Shown piece by piece: positions 11,450 to 23,097 of a stretch of 64,000 bases of DNA; positions within the stretch are counted from its first letter, which is position 1, and each line of letters starts with the position of its first letter. The DNA is from Octopus vulgaris (lineage: Eukaryota). Below the pieces are notes generated by a model. It was not told the DNA's origin. It ran no database searches and saw nothing but the letters and a program-made list of their open reading frames with translations. The stretch spans positions 51,894,001 through 51,958,000 of the forward strand of contig OX597815.1 in the NCBI GenBank assembly GCA_951406725.2, given 5' to 3'. The position numbers and the translations under genes were made by a program.

Positions 11450-12480
11450 TGTCCTCTCTGTATATACAGTCCAGCTGATTCCTCTTTTTCTGTCTATTTT
11501 ATTATGTAGTTCTCATGATATCACTTTTCATGGGGAAGAAAAGAAAACCAAAGGAAATGTACAAAATCTCTATACACTTTGCATTAAAGCAGGAGATAAG
11601 ACACTGCAAAATCATTTGGAAAATTCTTGGGTTGCTTAATATTTTCTGTCTGTGGAAAAGGAATATCAAATTGTGTGAAGAAAGTTTAAGGGAGAAATAT
11701 TATTTTTTGTGGTTAGCATTTCATATGGATTCATCTGGATTTTCAATAATTGCTGATAATGGGGCTGATAAATCTGGAAAGGAGCAATTGTCACCTGGCA
11801 TAAATCTGATAATATAATCCAAGAGAAATTCCTTGGCTTTGCAACACTAAGTGAATTTGCTGCTATCTCCTTTGCCAATGAAATCATTCATCAATTTACA
11901 AAATTTGGGTTAAATCTAGAAAACTACTGTGCCAAAGATTTAATGGTTGTTCTTCTATAGCAGAAAAGGAAGATGAAGTGCAAGCTAAAATAAAGAGCAA
12001 ATATACAAAAGCTGCATTTGTTCATTGTGCTGCATATAAGGTAAATTTCATTGTGAATGATCTTAATGTAGTTCCTGAGGTAAAGAATTCTGTTGGCACA
12101 GTTAGGGTAATCTTATTTTTATATTATTTTTTTTATCTTTTACTTATTTATTTTGTGAAATTCCAAAGAGATGTCATATATCCAAGCATGTCATTACTAT
12201 GTGAGACCCTAAATTCCAATATAATAGAGCCTTTTAGTTTTATCATTGACTTTGAAAAGAGTTTTGATAAGTTACACGTATATATACAGCTTCAGGTAAA
12301 ACACCAGTTGGAGTCTGTTCAAGTACAGCAACTTTTCACATCTGTCTGATTAACATTTCAGTTTATTCAGCATGACTCAAATCTACAACACAAGCTTTCC
12401 AAAAGTGGATATACATATGTTAAAATGAATTCCCTATTTTTGCATCTTGGTAATTGCAATTTTGTAACAGGCCACATCTT
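11450..12480 (+). pseudogene. hAT transposase relic (ZMYM1/DUF4371-like)
   Basis: FSIIADNGADKSGKEQLS, EKFLGF, VQAKIKSKYTKAAFVHCAAYKVN; multiple frameshifts. Confidence 0.82.
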
Positions 12481-12714
12481 TAGAAACATGAGAGCATAGG
12501 CTGTTAGACTTTTTCTGCTACTTTATACAAATCGGAGCAAGTCTGGACACTGCTGCTAGTGTTTGTGCATGTGTATTTCAACTCAATATTTACATGCTTT
12601 TCTATACAGCTGTATGTAATATGGCTTGAGAACTATTATTTCAGAAAAGAATTCATGTTCTCTAGAAAGTTTATAGAATTCTCATAACATCAGCTATATA
12701 TATATATATATATT

Positions 12715-13700
12715 TTGATAGAAATGGTAAGACAACAAAAGAATGAAAGAGTTTGATATTATGTAAATAGAGGAATCCATCTGTAAATATAATTAATATG
12801 TGACAATTATTTGGTAGCCATGATAAAACTCCAAGTTTCGGATGTTGGGGCAGAAACCCATGCTGCCATCTCTTGAGTTATCTGGCCATCGAAAAAATGC
12901 ATTTTTTCAATGGCCGGATAACTGAAAGGGTTTCCGTCCCAACATCCGAAACTTGGAGCTTTATCATGGCTACCAAATAATTGTCACATATTATATTTAC
13001 AGATATATATATTTATATATAGTGTTTCAAAGCAATAGATATTCAAGAAATACAAAAAGCAGAATACAGTTCAGATATACCCAGTACTCTAGCCTTTATT
13101 ACAACATGCAACCCCAAAAACACAGAGGTTTACAACATTGTCCACCAGAACATTACACTATTGAGACAAGGCCCAAGAATGAAACAAGTGCTTGAAATAG
13201 ACAAAATAATCAAAAGCAAAAGACACTCAAAATCCCTCTAGAAACTACTCACCAGCACTAAATTGCCTTCCACAAATCCCACTTCAATAGTCAAAAAGTG
13301 TGGCTGTCCTAATTGCAGAATTTGCATCAACCTCACTGAAGACAAAATATATAAATTTAAATCAGGACAGATTTTAACCAGAAAAATTTTTTACTTGTTT
13401 GTAAAAAAATTTAATATCTGCTATTGAATGTAAAGGATGTAATGTGGATTATATAGGTTAAACAAATCTCACTCTCAGAAATATACTGACTATTCATTAT
13501 CAACAAATATGAGACCCCAGTACTAGACAGATCCCACTTGATGGACACATAGACATATGTGTGAAAAATAAGTCTTCCTACTTTGTTGAGTCAGTACCAC
13601 AGACCAAGCACGGATCAACAAACAAAATATATTCATACAAACCAAGACTGGGTAAACTTTCTTAAATATTCACCAACAACTATTCATTCTGCCACTTGAC
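12715..13700 (+). mobile_element. Penelope-like element: inverted terminal module plus GIY-YIG endonuclease relic
   Basis: Inverted arms ~12778-12898 / 12901-13003; 13295-13570 reads KCGCPNCRIC..KFKSGQ..NLISAIECKGCNVDYIG.TNLTLRN..HID. Confidence 0.8.
12812..12885 (-). ncRNA. Type I hammerhead-ribozyme-like motif (degenerate); second, partly deleted copy at 12912-12972 (+)
   Basis: gccagataa CT(C)AAGA GATG..CATC CGAAAC TTGGA GTT ttatcatggc; stem I gcc..gataa/ttatc..ggc, stem II GATG/CATC; the + copy retains CTGAA. Confidence 0.6.
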
Positions 13701-13961
13701 ATGAATTTATACAGCTAACAACCTAAACTTTGGGCACAATCATGACTTCTTCCTGTAGAGAACAAAATTTTATGCCTATGTACATAGATACAAATCATAA
13801 TCATTCAGCCACTGGGTTACATAGAAACAATTTCTGTTCATTCTACCACTGGATAGATTAAATTTAGTCTTGGTTGTTTGGGACTGTCAGCCGACATGTT
13901 CAATCGACTATGTCAGCTTTAATTTTCAGAGTAAATAAACATTGTCACATGATATATATAT

Positions 13962-14127
13962 AGGTGCAGGCATGGTTGTGTGGTAAGAAGCTTGCTTCCC
14001 AACCACATGGTTCTGGGTTCATTCCCACTATGTGGCACTTTGGGCAAATGTCTTCTGCTATAACCACAGGCTGACCAAAGCCTTGTGAGTGGATTTGGTA
14101 GACAGAAACTGAAAGAAGCCCTTGTAT

Positions 14128-14161
<34 letters not shown>

Positions 14162-14535
14162 TCTGCTGGGTGGTTGGTGTAAGGAAGGGTATCCAGCTGT
14201 AAAAATCATGCCAAAACAAACACACAAGTCTGGTGCAGTCTCCTGCTTGGCCAGCTCCTGTCTCAAACTATCCAACCGATGCCAGCATGGAAGGCGGATG
14301 TTAAACGATTATGTATATATATATATTCATGTGTGTGTCTTTGTTTGTCCCCCAACCATTGCTTGACAACTAATGTTGGTGTGTTTATGTCCCCGTAACT
14401 TAGCAGTTCAGCAAAAGATAGAATAGGTACTAGGCTTACAAAGAATAAGTCCTGAGGTTGATTTCTTTGACTAAAACCCTTTAAGGCAGTGTTTCAGCAT
14501 GGCCAAAGTCAAATGACTAAAACATGTAAAAGAAT
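13962..14535 (+). mobile_element. tRNA-head SINE with internal microsatellite and inserted RTE tail
   Basis: ggtgcaggcatggttgtgtggtaagaagcttgcttcccaaccac...gggttcattccc; heads also at 19838, 38230, 46158, 60047 (+) and 15325, 58055 (-). Confidence 0.85.
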
Positions 14536-14949
14536 ATATATATATATTTGTGGATGGGTGGAAAATAAAATAACTACTGATATGATAGACCACCTTATTA
14601 AATTTTAATGTAAAATGTAAATATTCTATTATAAAACTATAGACATCAATTACAATAAACTCAGAGTATGAAATTTATTAAACACTGAAAATTTACGCAA
14701 GCTTTCACCCAGTGCCTCCAAAATGACTGCAATTTCAACAATGTAGTAATTGGTAATCAGGCAGATGGTGAAAAGGGAGTGTGTGGATAATTTCTAATTA
14801 ATAAAGCTGTATAGCTTGATGTAAAAGCAAATGATGCAGAAACTTTATAACAATATGGATTGATTACCATTAGACCTTACTCCTGATTGCTGAAATGGCT
14901 ACTTTTGGCAGTAATACTTACACTATAGAAAGGCATACAAAAACTTGTC

Positions 14950-15325
14950 TTTTATCTCTTACTTGTTTCAGTCATTTGACAGTGGCCATGCTGGAACACC
15001 ATGTTGAAGGGTTTTTTAATTGAACAAATTGACCCTAGAACTTCTTTTTTTTTTTAACCTAGTACTTATATTGGTCTCTTCTGCCAAACTACTAAGTTAT
15101 GGGGACATAAATAAATTAGCACTGGTTGACAAAGGGGAGATGGGGGACAAAGCCATAAACATATATATATATATATATATATATACACGATGGGCTTCTT
15201 TCAGTTTCTGTCTACCAAATCCACTCAGAAAGTTTGACTGGCTCAAGGCTATAGTACAAGACATAATGGGACTGAACCTGGAACCATGTGATTGGGAAGC
15301 AAGCTTCTTACCACACAGCCACTTG
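14950..15325 (-). mobile_element. tRNA-head SINE
   Basis: Reverse-complement homology to 13962-14535. Confidence 0.85.
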
Positions 15326-16913
15326 GTCAACCATCTTCAGTTTTGTAACTACAAGCACAAATGTTTCTAATACTATAAATCTTTCATAAAAAAAGGTTCC
15401 AAAGAGGCAATCTATTTGTCATTCTATTTATTTTGATATTAAATTCAATAAAGTTTCTTTCACAAAAACCAAATGGTCATATGCTAGGGATCTACAATAG
15501 CAAAGAACACCAATGTAACTAGTAGTTTGTTAATGAGCAAAATGTTTGCATAGGAAATATATACAATGCTGAGAAAAAGCTGAAAACAAATACTTGATAT
15601 GGAGATGGAATTTAGCCAAAAGAAACGTTTGTACATTTTGTTTCCCCAGATTATAAATTTACATTTGAATTCATTCATGCCAGCGTGTCAAACACATTTA
15701 AGCATGTTCAGCCCATGTTGTCATGGAGAATGGACATCAAATGAGGGTGATAAAACATTGGTGCACTTAGTTATGTTAATAAGTATTTAAGGGATATCCT
15801 TGAAAATGTTGGGATTTTTACACAAAGAAAGAGACCCTTTAATACATATTGCATAAATTCAGCTTGAAGTTGGACAGTAAACATATGCAAGTCATTTCTG
15901 AAATTAAAGATGTACTTTTGTGTGTTGTTATTTAAATACCTGTCAAGAAACTTTTTTGTTTTAGAAACCAGCTGTTTTGTACAGATGAACTTCAAGGAAG
16001 TAAAAAAGCAATATACATACATGTGTGTGCAATGCACTTCTCTTCTGATCATGTTGTGTACTTACACATGCATATGACTTTGCTGTAATACGTACGTATA
16101 TAAAGTTGTATACAGACAATGTACTCGGATCCCATGCCGGTGGCACGTAAAAAGCACCCATACACTCTTGAAGTGGTTGGCATCAGAAAGGGCATACAGC
16201 TGTAGAAACCTTGCCACATCAGATTGCCTAGTGCAGTATCCTGGCTTGCCAATCCTCAGTCAAACTATCTAACCCATGCCAGCATGGAAAGTGGATGTTA
16301 AAAGATGATGATGATGACATCTGCACACAATATACACACAAACAGATATCTACATGCAACACCTCCACCTATAAATACATTTACATATAACATATAATTA
16401 GTCTATGTACAATTATACATTCATTGCAGCTGTATATAAAGGTGACCTAGATTATCATAGCAACCATAAATAAAAAAAAAAGTTGCTTTCATGAATAAAT
16501 ACAGTAAGATCCAGAATAGTATGATACTAACAGTTGGTTAGTCTCAAACATAGACATCGCTTGTATAGATAACACGAAGTAGATGATAATCGTTCAATAA
16601 AGTTTATCAATCAATGTATTCAGTACACTTCGTTCCATATCGAATTAGATATAAATTCTGATAAGATGTCCGCCACTATAACAACTCCAGTATATAGCAA
16701 CGAAAGTTGCTTATTATACGATAAGTATGTGGGTGAAGGGAGAAGAATAGGCATTTATGTACTACATATGTTTCAAGAGGCACCGAACGAATATTTTATA
16801 ACTTTGGTGAATTTGTTATGATAATGAACATGTAAGCAACAGATAGAAAAGCATTCAACGAGAAGGAACACTGAACATCTATGTAGCACCAAAGTTCAAT
16901 CTTACATAACCAC

Positions 16914-17033
16914 TACTAGCGTATTTGGCGGGGGAGTACTTTTAGGCCTGCTGTAGGGAATGTTTTTTGTGGGGTCTGGAGGCAGCAAACGGAAGGGTCA
17001 CTCCGGGTGGCACGCATTCTAGCTACGCTGGTG
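16914..17033. mobile_element. 120-bp hAT-type MITE
   Basis: Termini tactagcgta / tacgctggtg; 8-bp TSD ataaccac (16906-13) / ataactac (17034-41). Confidence 0.6.
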
Positions 17034-17267
17034 ATAACTACCTACCCCAAGGGAATGAACTGAAGTAGAGCATCTGCATACTTAGTGAGACCCTTCTTCA
17101 GAATACAAACATAGTAGTCCATGTCTTCTGTTAAATATTTAAAACAGTTTAATGTCATTTCACGAGATTTAGTCTACTTTAGACACCTTATGAGAGTGCT
17201 TAAATGTCCTCTCTTGTGGTGCAAGCTGCTATTTTCCTGTAGTTTTGCTACCACCCAAGAGACTTAC

Positions 17268-17396
17268 GTCAGGTTTATCACTTGAACTGCAAGCGTATCC
17301 ATGTTTGAGAGCGATAGCAAACGTAATAAGAACGTGCATTCCTAGTGTCTTTAGTGATATCTTTAATAACTTCTACCATACTAGTGATAATAAAGT
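17268..17396 (-). other. Candidate exon of a low-copy duplicated gene or pseudogene
   Basis: Acceptor tcttttgataatAG, ATGs at 17379 and 17339 (MHVLITFAIALKHGYACSSSDKPD), donor GAC|GTAAGT at 17267; paralogous to 28070-28390. Confidence 0.4.
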
Positions 17397-18001
17397 CTAT
17401 TATCAAAAGATAGTTTCAACAGTTTATACATTTATTTTTCAAGAATTAAAACATTTTTCTTTTATCACAACGTGATGTAAATGTTTTCGTGGTCCGGATA
17501 GGCAAAATTGCGAATCTGTTACGTCGAAGGATGATGAGGTTATATGTTGTTCTTTGTATGGAGAAATACGAATATTGAATGATTATATTATGATGACATT
17601 GGCAGATTATTTACATTCGTTATTGTTGCCTAACCCCAATTAACCCTGATCGAAGGTGCTCCAGTACTACCATAGCGATTTGAAGGCTGAAGAATCAGGC
17701 TTGCTATTTTAGTGCTTTTTGCATTTAAATTTAGTACCTGTTTACTATTTTCAACGAAAAAATTCATGGAGTTACTCGCCCCATACAAGTTCAGTGCTTT
17801 TTATCACAATTTAGAGTGAAAGTTAGCGCTTTTTTGTTAATTTAATTCAGAATTTTTTTCCCTAAATTTAGGCTGCATGCAAATTCACCTGCATACTCAG
17901 TATTTGTCATTTTGAGACGCACTACGGTACAAACTTCTACATTTCTACACTTGAATATCGTCATAAATTCGAAATATTCGTTGGACGAATACTTTTAAAT
18001 T

Positions 18002-19144
18002 GGATCTTTTCGGTTTGAACAGCAGTTTGTAACATAATTTCTAGGTAACTAAAAACTTTTAAACTTCGTATACTGGTAGAATGTGTTTATAAAACATCAT
18101 TTTCTCTTGGCTTTATTGAGAAGATTCTATAGTTTGTAACATATTTCGTCTAAAATTTCTTGCATTTCGGCAATTTTAACCAATCGCTGATCGTCCATTG
18201 AGGTGAAAGCATTCTGTGCGTCATCAATATGTCCCTCGTTTAAGAAACAGATTGGGTTTATTTACATTTGTGATGATAAAAAGATACGGATCTTTTCCTT
18301 TAGAATGGCAGACAATTTCTAGTTAACTAAACACTTTAAAACTTCGTATACTGGTCGAATGTGTCAAAATAAAACATTTTTTTCTCTTGGCTTTCTTGAG
18401 AAAATTGTAATTTGTTTGTTTAACGTAGTTTAATTTTTCGAATTTTAACTAATCCTATGCTCTCTTTTGAGCTAAAATCATTTGCTGCGTCTAAAACTGA
18501 GACATTACCCCTCAACCTAACCCTAACCCTAATTTTTTTTTTCTTAATTGTTAAATTAATTTAATTGTTACGCGTGTAAAAAAACCCGAAAGCAATGGAA
18601 AATGATTTAAACAATTAACAAACAAAATAATTCTATAATTTTATACACACGCTTTCCGGAAAGCGTGTGTATAAAATTATAGAATTATTTTGTTTGTTAA
18701 TTGTTTAAATCATTTTCCATTGCTTTCGGGTTTTATACACACGTTTTCCGTATACGTACGGAAAGCGTGTGTATAAAATTATAGAATTAATTTGTTTGTT
18801 AATTGTTTAAATCATTTTCCATTGCTTTCGGTTTTTTTCACACTCGTAACAATTAAATTAATTTAACAATTAAGAAAAAAAAATTAGGGTTAGGGTTAGT
18901 TACAGGATGCTGTCTCAGTTTTAGACGCAGCAAATGATTTTAGTTGAATAGAGGTAATCGATTGGTTAAAATTGCCGAAATGCTCGGATTTTCAGATGAA
19001 ATATCTTACAAACTATAGAATTTTCTCAATAAAGCCAAGAAAAAAATGATGTTTTATAACCACATTCTACCAGTATACGAAGTTTAAAATCTTTTAGTTT
19101 CCTTGAAATTATGTTACAAACTGCCGTTCAAACCGAAAAGATCC
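18002..19144. mobile_element. Large fold-back MITE, GG...CC termini, 8-bp TSD, internal nested palindromes
   Basis: TIR ggatcttttcggtttgaac / gttcaaaccgaaaagatcc; TSD tttaaatt at 17994-18001 and 19145-19152; (CCCTAA)n / (TTAGGG)n in the arms. Confidence 0.92.
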
Positions 19145-20632
19145 TTTAAATTTAGCAGTCATTAATTTTTTATCAACGTTTTTTCAAATACTTTTAATTT
19201 ATTACATACAATCTTAAACACTGTACTCCACATACAAAGCTTGTTACCTACACCTATGACTAGTCCATATGACAAAAATTTTTAAATAATTAATAAAAAG
19301 AACAAAAGAAAAAAAAACGAATTTTAATGCGTAAACTATTATGGTAAATAAAAGCTATAAAATATAACTAACAATCAATTTTAGTCATTGTAAGACAGCA
19401 GAATATACAACATTCTCGTTATCTATTATCCATATAGATATTTCAGTGGAGTATCCGAAAGTCCATCAATATTTCAATATGCTATTTTACTTCCTTAATT
19501 TTTAATTTCCAGTCTTCAATGTTTAATTGAAAATATTCTTATAAGTACAATGGGCACAAATGTCAGTCAGTTTCATTCTGGATTTAAGTATTAATGAGCA
19601 GGGGTATTCGAATGGGTAAAATCCATTTGAACATTTGTCTAGACTTTAATACTTCTAATTTTACCACATGTAGAGAGAATATTTAGCCAAGAAACATCAA
19701 GAAAAATTTTGAACATCAAATATGGACTTAAATGAAGTGGTGAATGTTATTCACAGTTGCTTATAAATTATGTGAAACTGCAACTTCTATATACCAAAAG
19801 GGAAATATTCAAAAATATTAAGGAGTAAAATGAAAGTATGCAGACATAGCTGTGTGGTAATATATTTACTTCCCAACCACGTGGTTCTGGGTTCAGTTCC
19901 ACTGCATGACAACTTGGGCAAGTGTCTTCTACTATAGCCTAGGGCTGATCAAGCCTTGAGAGTGGATTTGATAGATAGAAACTGAAAGAAGGAACATTTT
20001 GATACCCCATTTGTAAAATTTGGATGAATATTTTCAGAAATATGACAATTTGAATGGTCAAATCTTGCCTTATTAGCCATATTTGTGATGTCATATCTTT
20101 GAAACTGAGGTGATCATCTTAAAATTACTCAAATAAATAGTGATCATAGTATAGTAGTTGCCTGGGACTTGAGTTTTGGCACATTTGTAGTAGATATAGA
20201 TCTAAATAAATCCCGAGATTTTGGGACATGACACCATTTCAATAAAACATTTTCATGACTATGATTATTAATACAACAGGAGTTATAGCACTCCAGTGCA
20301 TTGAACTAGGATGAAGGCTACTTTTCAGCAGTCAAAAAGGAAAACAGGACAAACTTTGTAAATGCATGGAAATACCAGGGTGTTTGAGGACCTTGATATG
20401 ATATGTAACTGTTGGATTTTAATTAAAATTATATGCAAAGTTTATATCCAGAACTTTCAAATGATACATAATTTTCCATGGAAAAAATTTATTTCAACAT
20501 GAAAATGAAGGGAAAAGTGTTTCCTTCATTTTTCCACATGTTCAAATTATGCTCGTCTCCATTTTATAGTGCTCTATACAGATACCTACTTAAAGAAGCT
20601 CGTGTATATATATATATATATATGTATAATAT

Positions 20633-20748
20633 ATAGTGAGGATTTCCAAAAAAACAAAAGACAAAGACGGATGTGTAAACAACAAACATTAGTTTAATGC
20701 TTGGGAAGTGAGAAAGTCTTTTACGTTTCGAGCCTACTATCTTCAACG
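20633..20748 (-). mobile_element. Penelope-type terminal fragment with minimal hammerhead-like core
   Basis: Reverse complement gttgaagatagtaggctcgaaacgtaaaagactttctcacttccc matches 49890-49935; abuts (TA)n. Confidence 0.7.
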
Positions 20749-22179
20749 TTAGTGTGAACATGCTATCTCTAAGATAATGAAGTTTATATTGATTTTATAT
20801 CATTGTATCATGTGTTCCTGTAATGAATATGCACAAATATACTCATGGCATGCAGGTGGGAACAATGTTCAATGAAGAGTGGTGTATGTAGAGTACCTGA
20901 AGACATTTGTTTCACTCTTTAAGTGTGGTTTAAAGGAGATCTGAATAGAATATTATGTGCATTATTAAAGTATATTGGAATTATTACAGAATATATTTTT
21001 CATGTAATATTGTTACTGCAACTATTACATGTTATGCATGGGTTTTCTTAGATTATTGTATAATCCCCATGTTATTCCTGACATTTTATTGAGTCTATCC
21101 TACAAATTATGCTCTGAAAGTCTGGTATCTTCATAATGGTTCTTATGAATCTGTATCTGAAAGTATTAATGAATGTAAATAAAATAATACTAACTTTGAA
21201 AGAAACTGTTAAAACTGACATTATGAAAAAGTAAAAGAAATATATGCACCTGGATGAATATATTTATTTTTTAATCTCTTGCTGTATATTGTTACTGATT
21301 ATTATGTTTCTACTGAATCTTTTGTTTTTTTTGATAGGGGTGGTTATGAAATTTGCTCATTCTCAATTGATGTCATAATCATCATCATCATTTAATGCCT
21401 GTTTTCCATACTGGCATAGGTTGGACAGTTTGGCAGGGGCTGGCAAAATAGAAAACTATGCCAAGCTCCAGTATCTGCTTTGTCAAGGTTTCTTATAGCT
21501 GGATGCTGTTCCTAATGCTAGCCACTTTACAGAATGTGCTGCATGCTTTTAATGTGGGACCAGCACAGTGGCATGGTTTCTTCAGCTAGATGTCCCTTGT
21601 AACACCAACCATTTTTATGTCGTACCAGCACCAGTGGGGTCAAGTAACTTTCAAAAGCAAGACCCTTTGAGTGAGGAGAGGTTAAAGTAAAGTAGAGGAA
21701 TAGGGATGTGTCTTGCTGTGGAAAACATAAATGGTAACCCTGTTAGGAAAGAAAGTTTTGGGGGGGGGAGGGCGAGGAAGATGGAGAGACATGGCTACCA
21801 CAACTGGGAATGAAAACAAAGGGAATGGAAGATAAAGAGAGGTTTATATACCCAACATGTTTGAGTATTTTATAGTTCAGCTGGTGTTATAACAGCTTAC
21901 AATATGTTAAACTGCTTTCAGACTTCAGAATCACTCCACACTTTTAAAAATGATTGATTTGTTGTTTCCATATGTTGTATTCACGTGTAAATAAATACTG
22001 TTTGCTGATGTGTATGGCTGAAATCTGTATTGTCTGTTCTAAATGAAAAATTCCTTGTAAGCAACATTCTTTGTGGAATGTTTGTCATTTGGTGTGTGTG
22101 TGTGTCTATATATATATTCCATTCTTCCCGAGTGTTAAACTAATACACCTGCCTTCATCTTTTTTCTGTAAATTTGAAC

Positions 22180-23095
22180 TACATATGTTCACTCCTGGAA
22201 ACCTTGTGGATACTCTAGAGAAGGCAACATATCATGTATGAATATGGGTTTTAGTAAACAAAGTAATTTTTTCACACATTTGTCCTTGTCATTAAATTGT
22301 CCATGCCATTGCTATGTTATTTAACTAATGCAAATAGTAACTCTTCACCAACTGAAGAAAGAGTAACTTTTAATATAAATAATTTTTCTGTGATGTGGAC
22401 TGTTATTTTTGCCTCAATGACTTTTTCTTGAATATCTTGAATAATTAAACATGTACCATTATACATGCTACTTGCTCGATCAATTGTTAGAGACAAATTA
22501 TTGCGTTAGTCTTTAATTTTAATATGTACATTTTTAAGTACACTGTAGAGAATTCTGAAGGCTCATTCTGATGCAAACACTAAACCTTTTTCTCTCCTTG
22601 AAACAGTTTCAGCATTTCCTCATTAATAAGATTAACATCAATATTCTTTGGTGCTAAAATAATTTTTGAAAATCGTTTGGCTCTGTAATGCATTCCTGCA
22701 TGACATTTTTATTGAAAACCAAGGAAATGAGGTTATTGAAATCATGAACAATGTTACATTCCTGGGGTATAATAATTTCACCATTTGCTTCTTCTACAGA
22801 ACCATTTCTTACATGAAGTATAAAGTTGTTGAACTGAATTTGGTTGTTTAGATCTTCTGAATTCTGTGTGTATGATTTTAATTGCATATTTTCTGTAAGT
22901 TGAATTTGTTTTTACATGTTTCCATAAAGATAAATTATTAAAATTGCTGTCTACTATCTGTGGTCTGCTTCCAAGTTTAACAACAGACTATATTTGTTGA
23001 AAATCTTTGCTGGATGTAATTATTTTTTCTCCAAATAAAACATGTTCAAACCTGAGGTCAACCATTTTCATAAGATCCCTTAATATTCTATCCAA
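22180..23095 (-). pseudogene. Helitron PIF1-like helicase relic
   Basis: - strand YVAFSRV near 22210-22230; QFNNFILHVRNG..IIIPQEC; FGEKIITS..DFQQI. Confidence 0.75.
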
Positions 23096-23097
23096 TG

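Noticed and set aside
15771-16052. 93-aa - strand ORF with internal GT/AG signals as host exons
   Set aside because: Implied intron only ~41 nt, no recognisable domain, no consistent phase with the 17-kb candidate exons.
18512-18900. Interstitial telomere or chromosome-fusion site
   Set aside because: Only 2-3 hexamers per side, and they are internal parts of the fold-back MITE.
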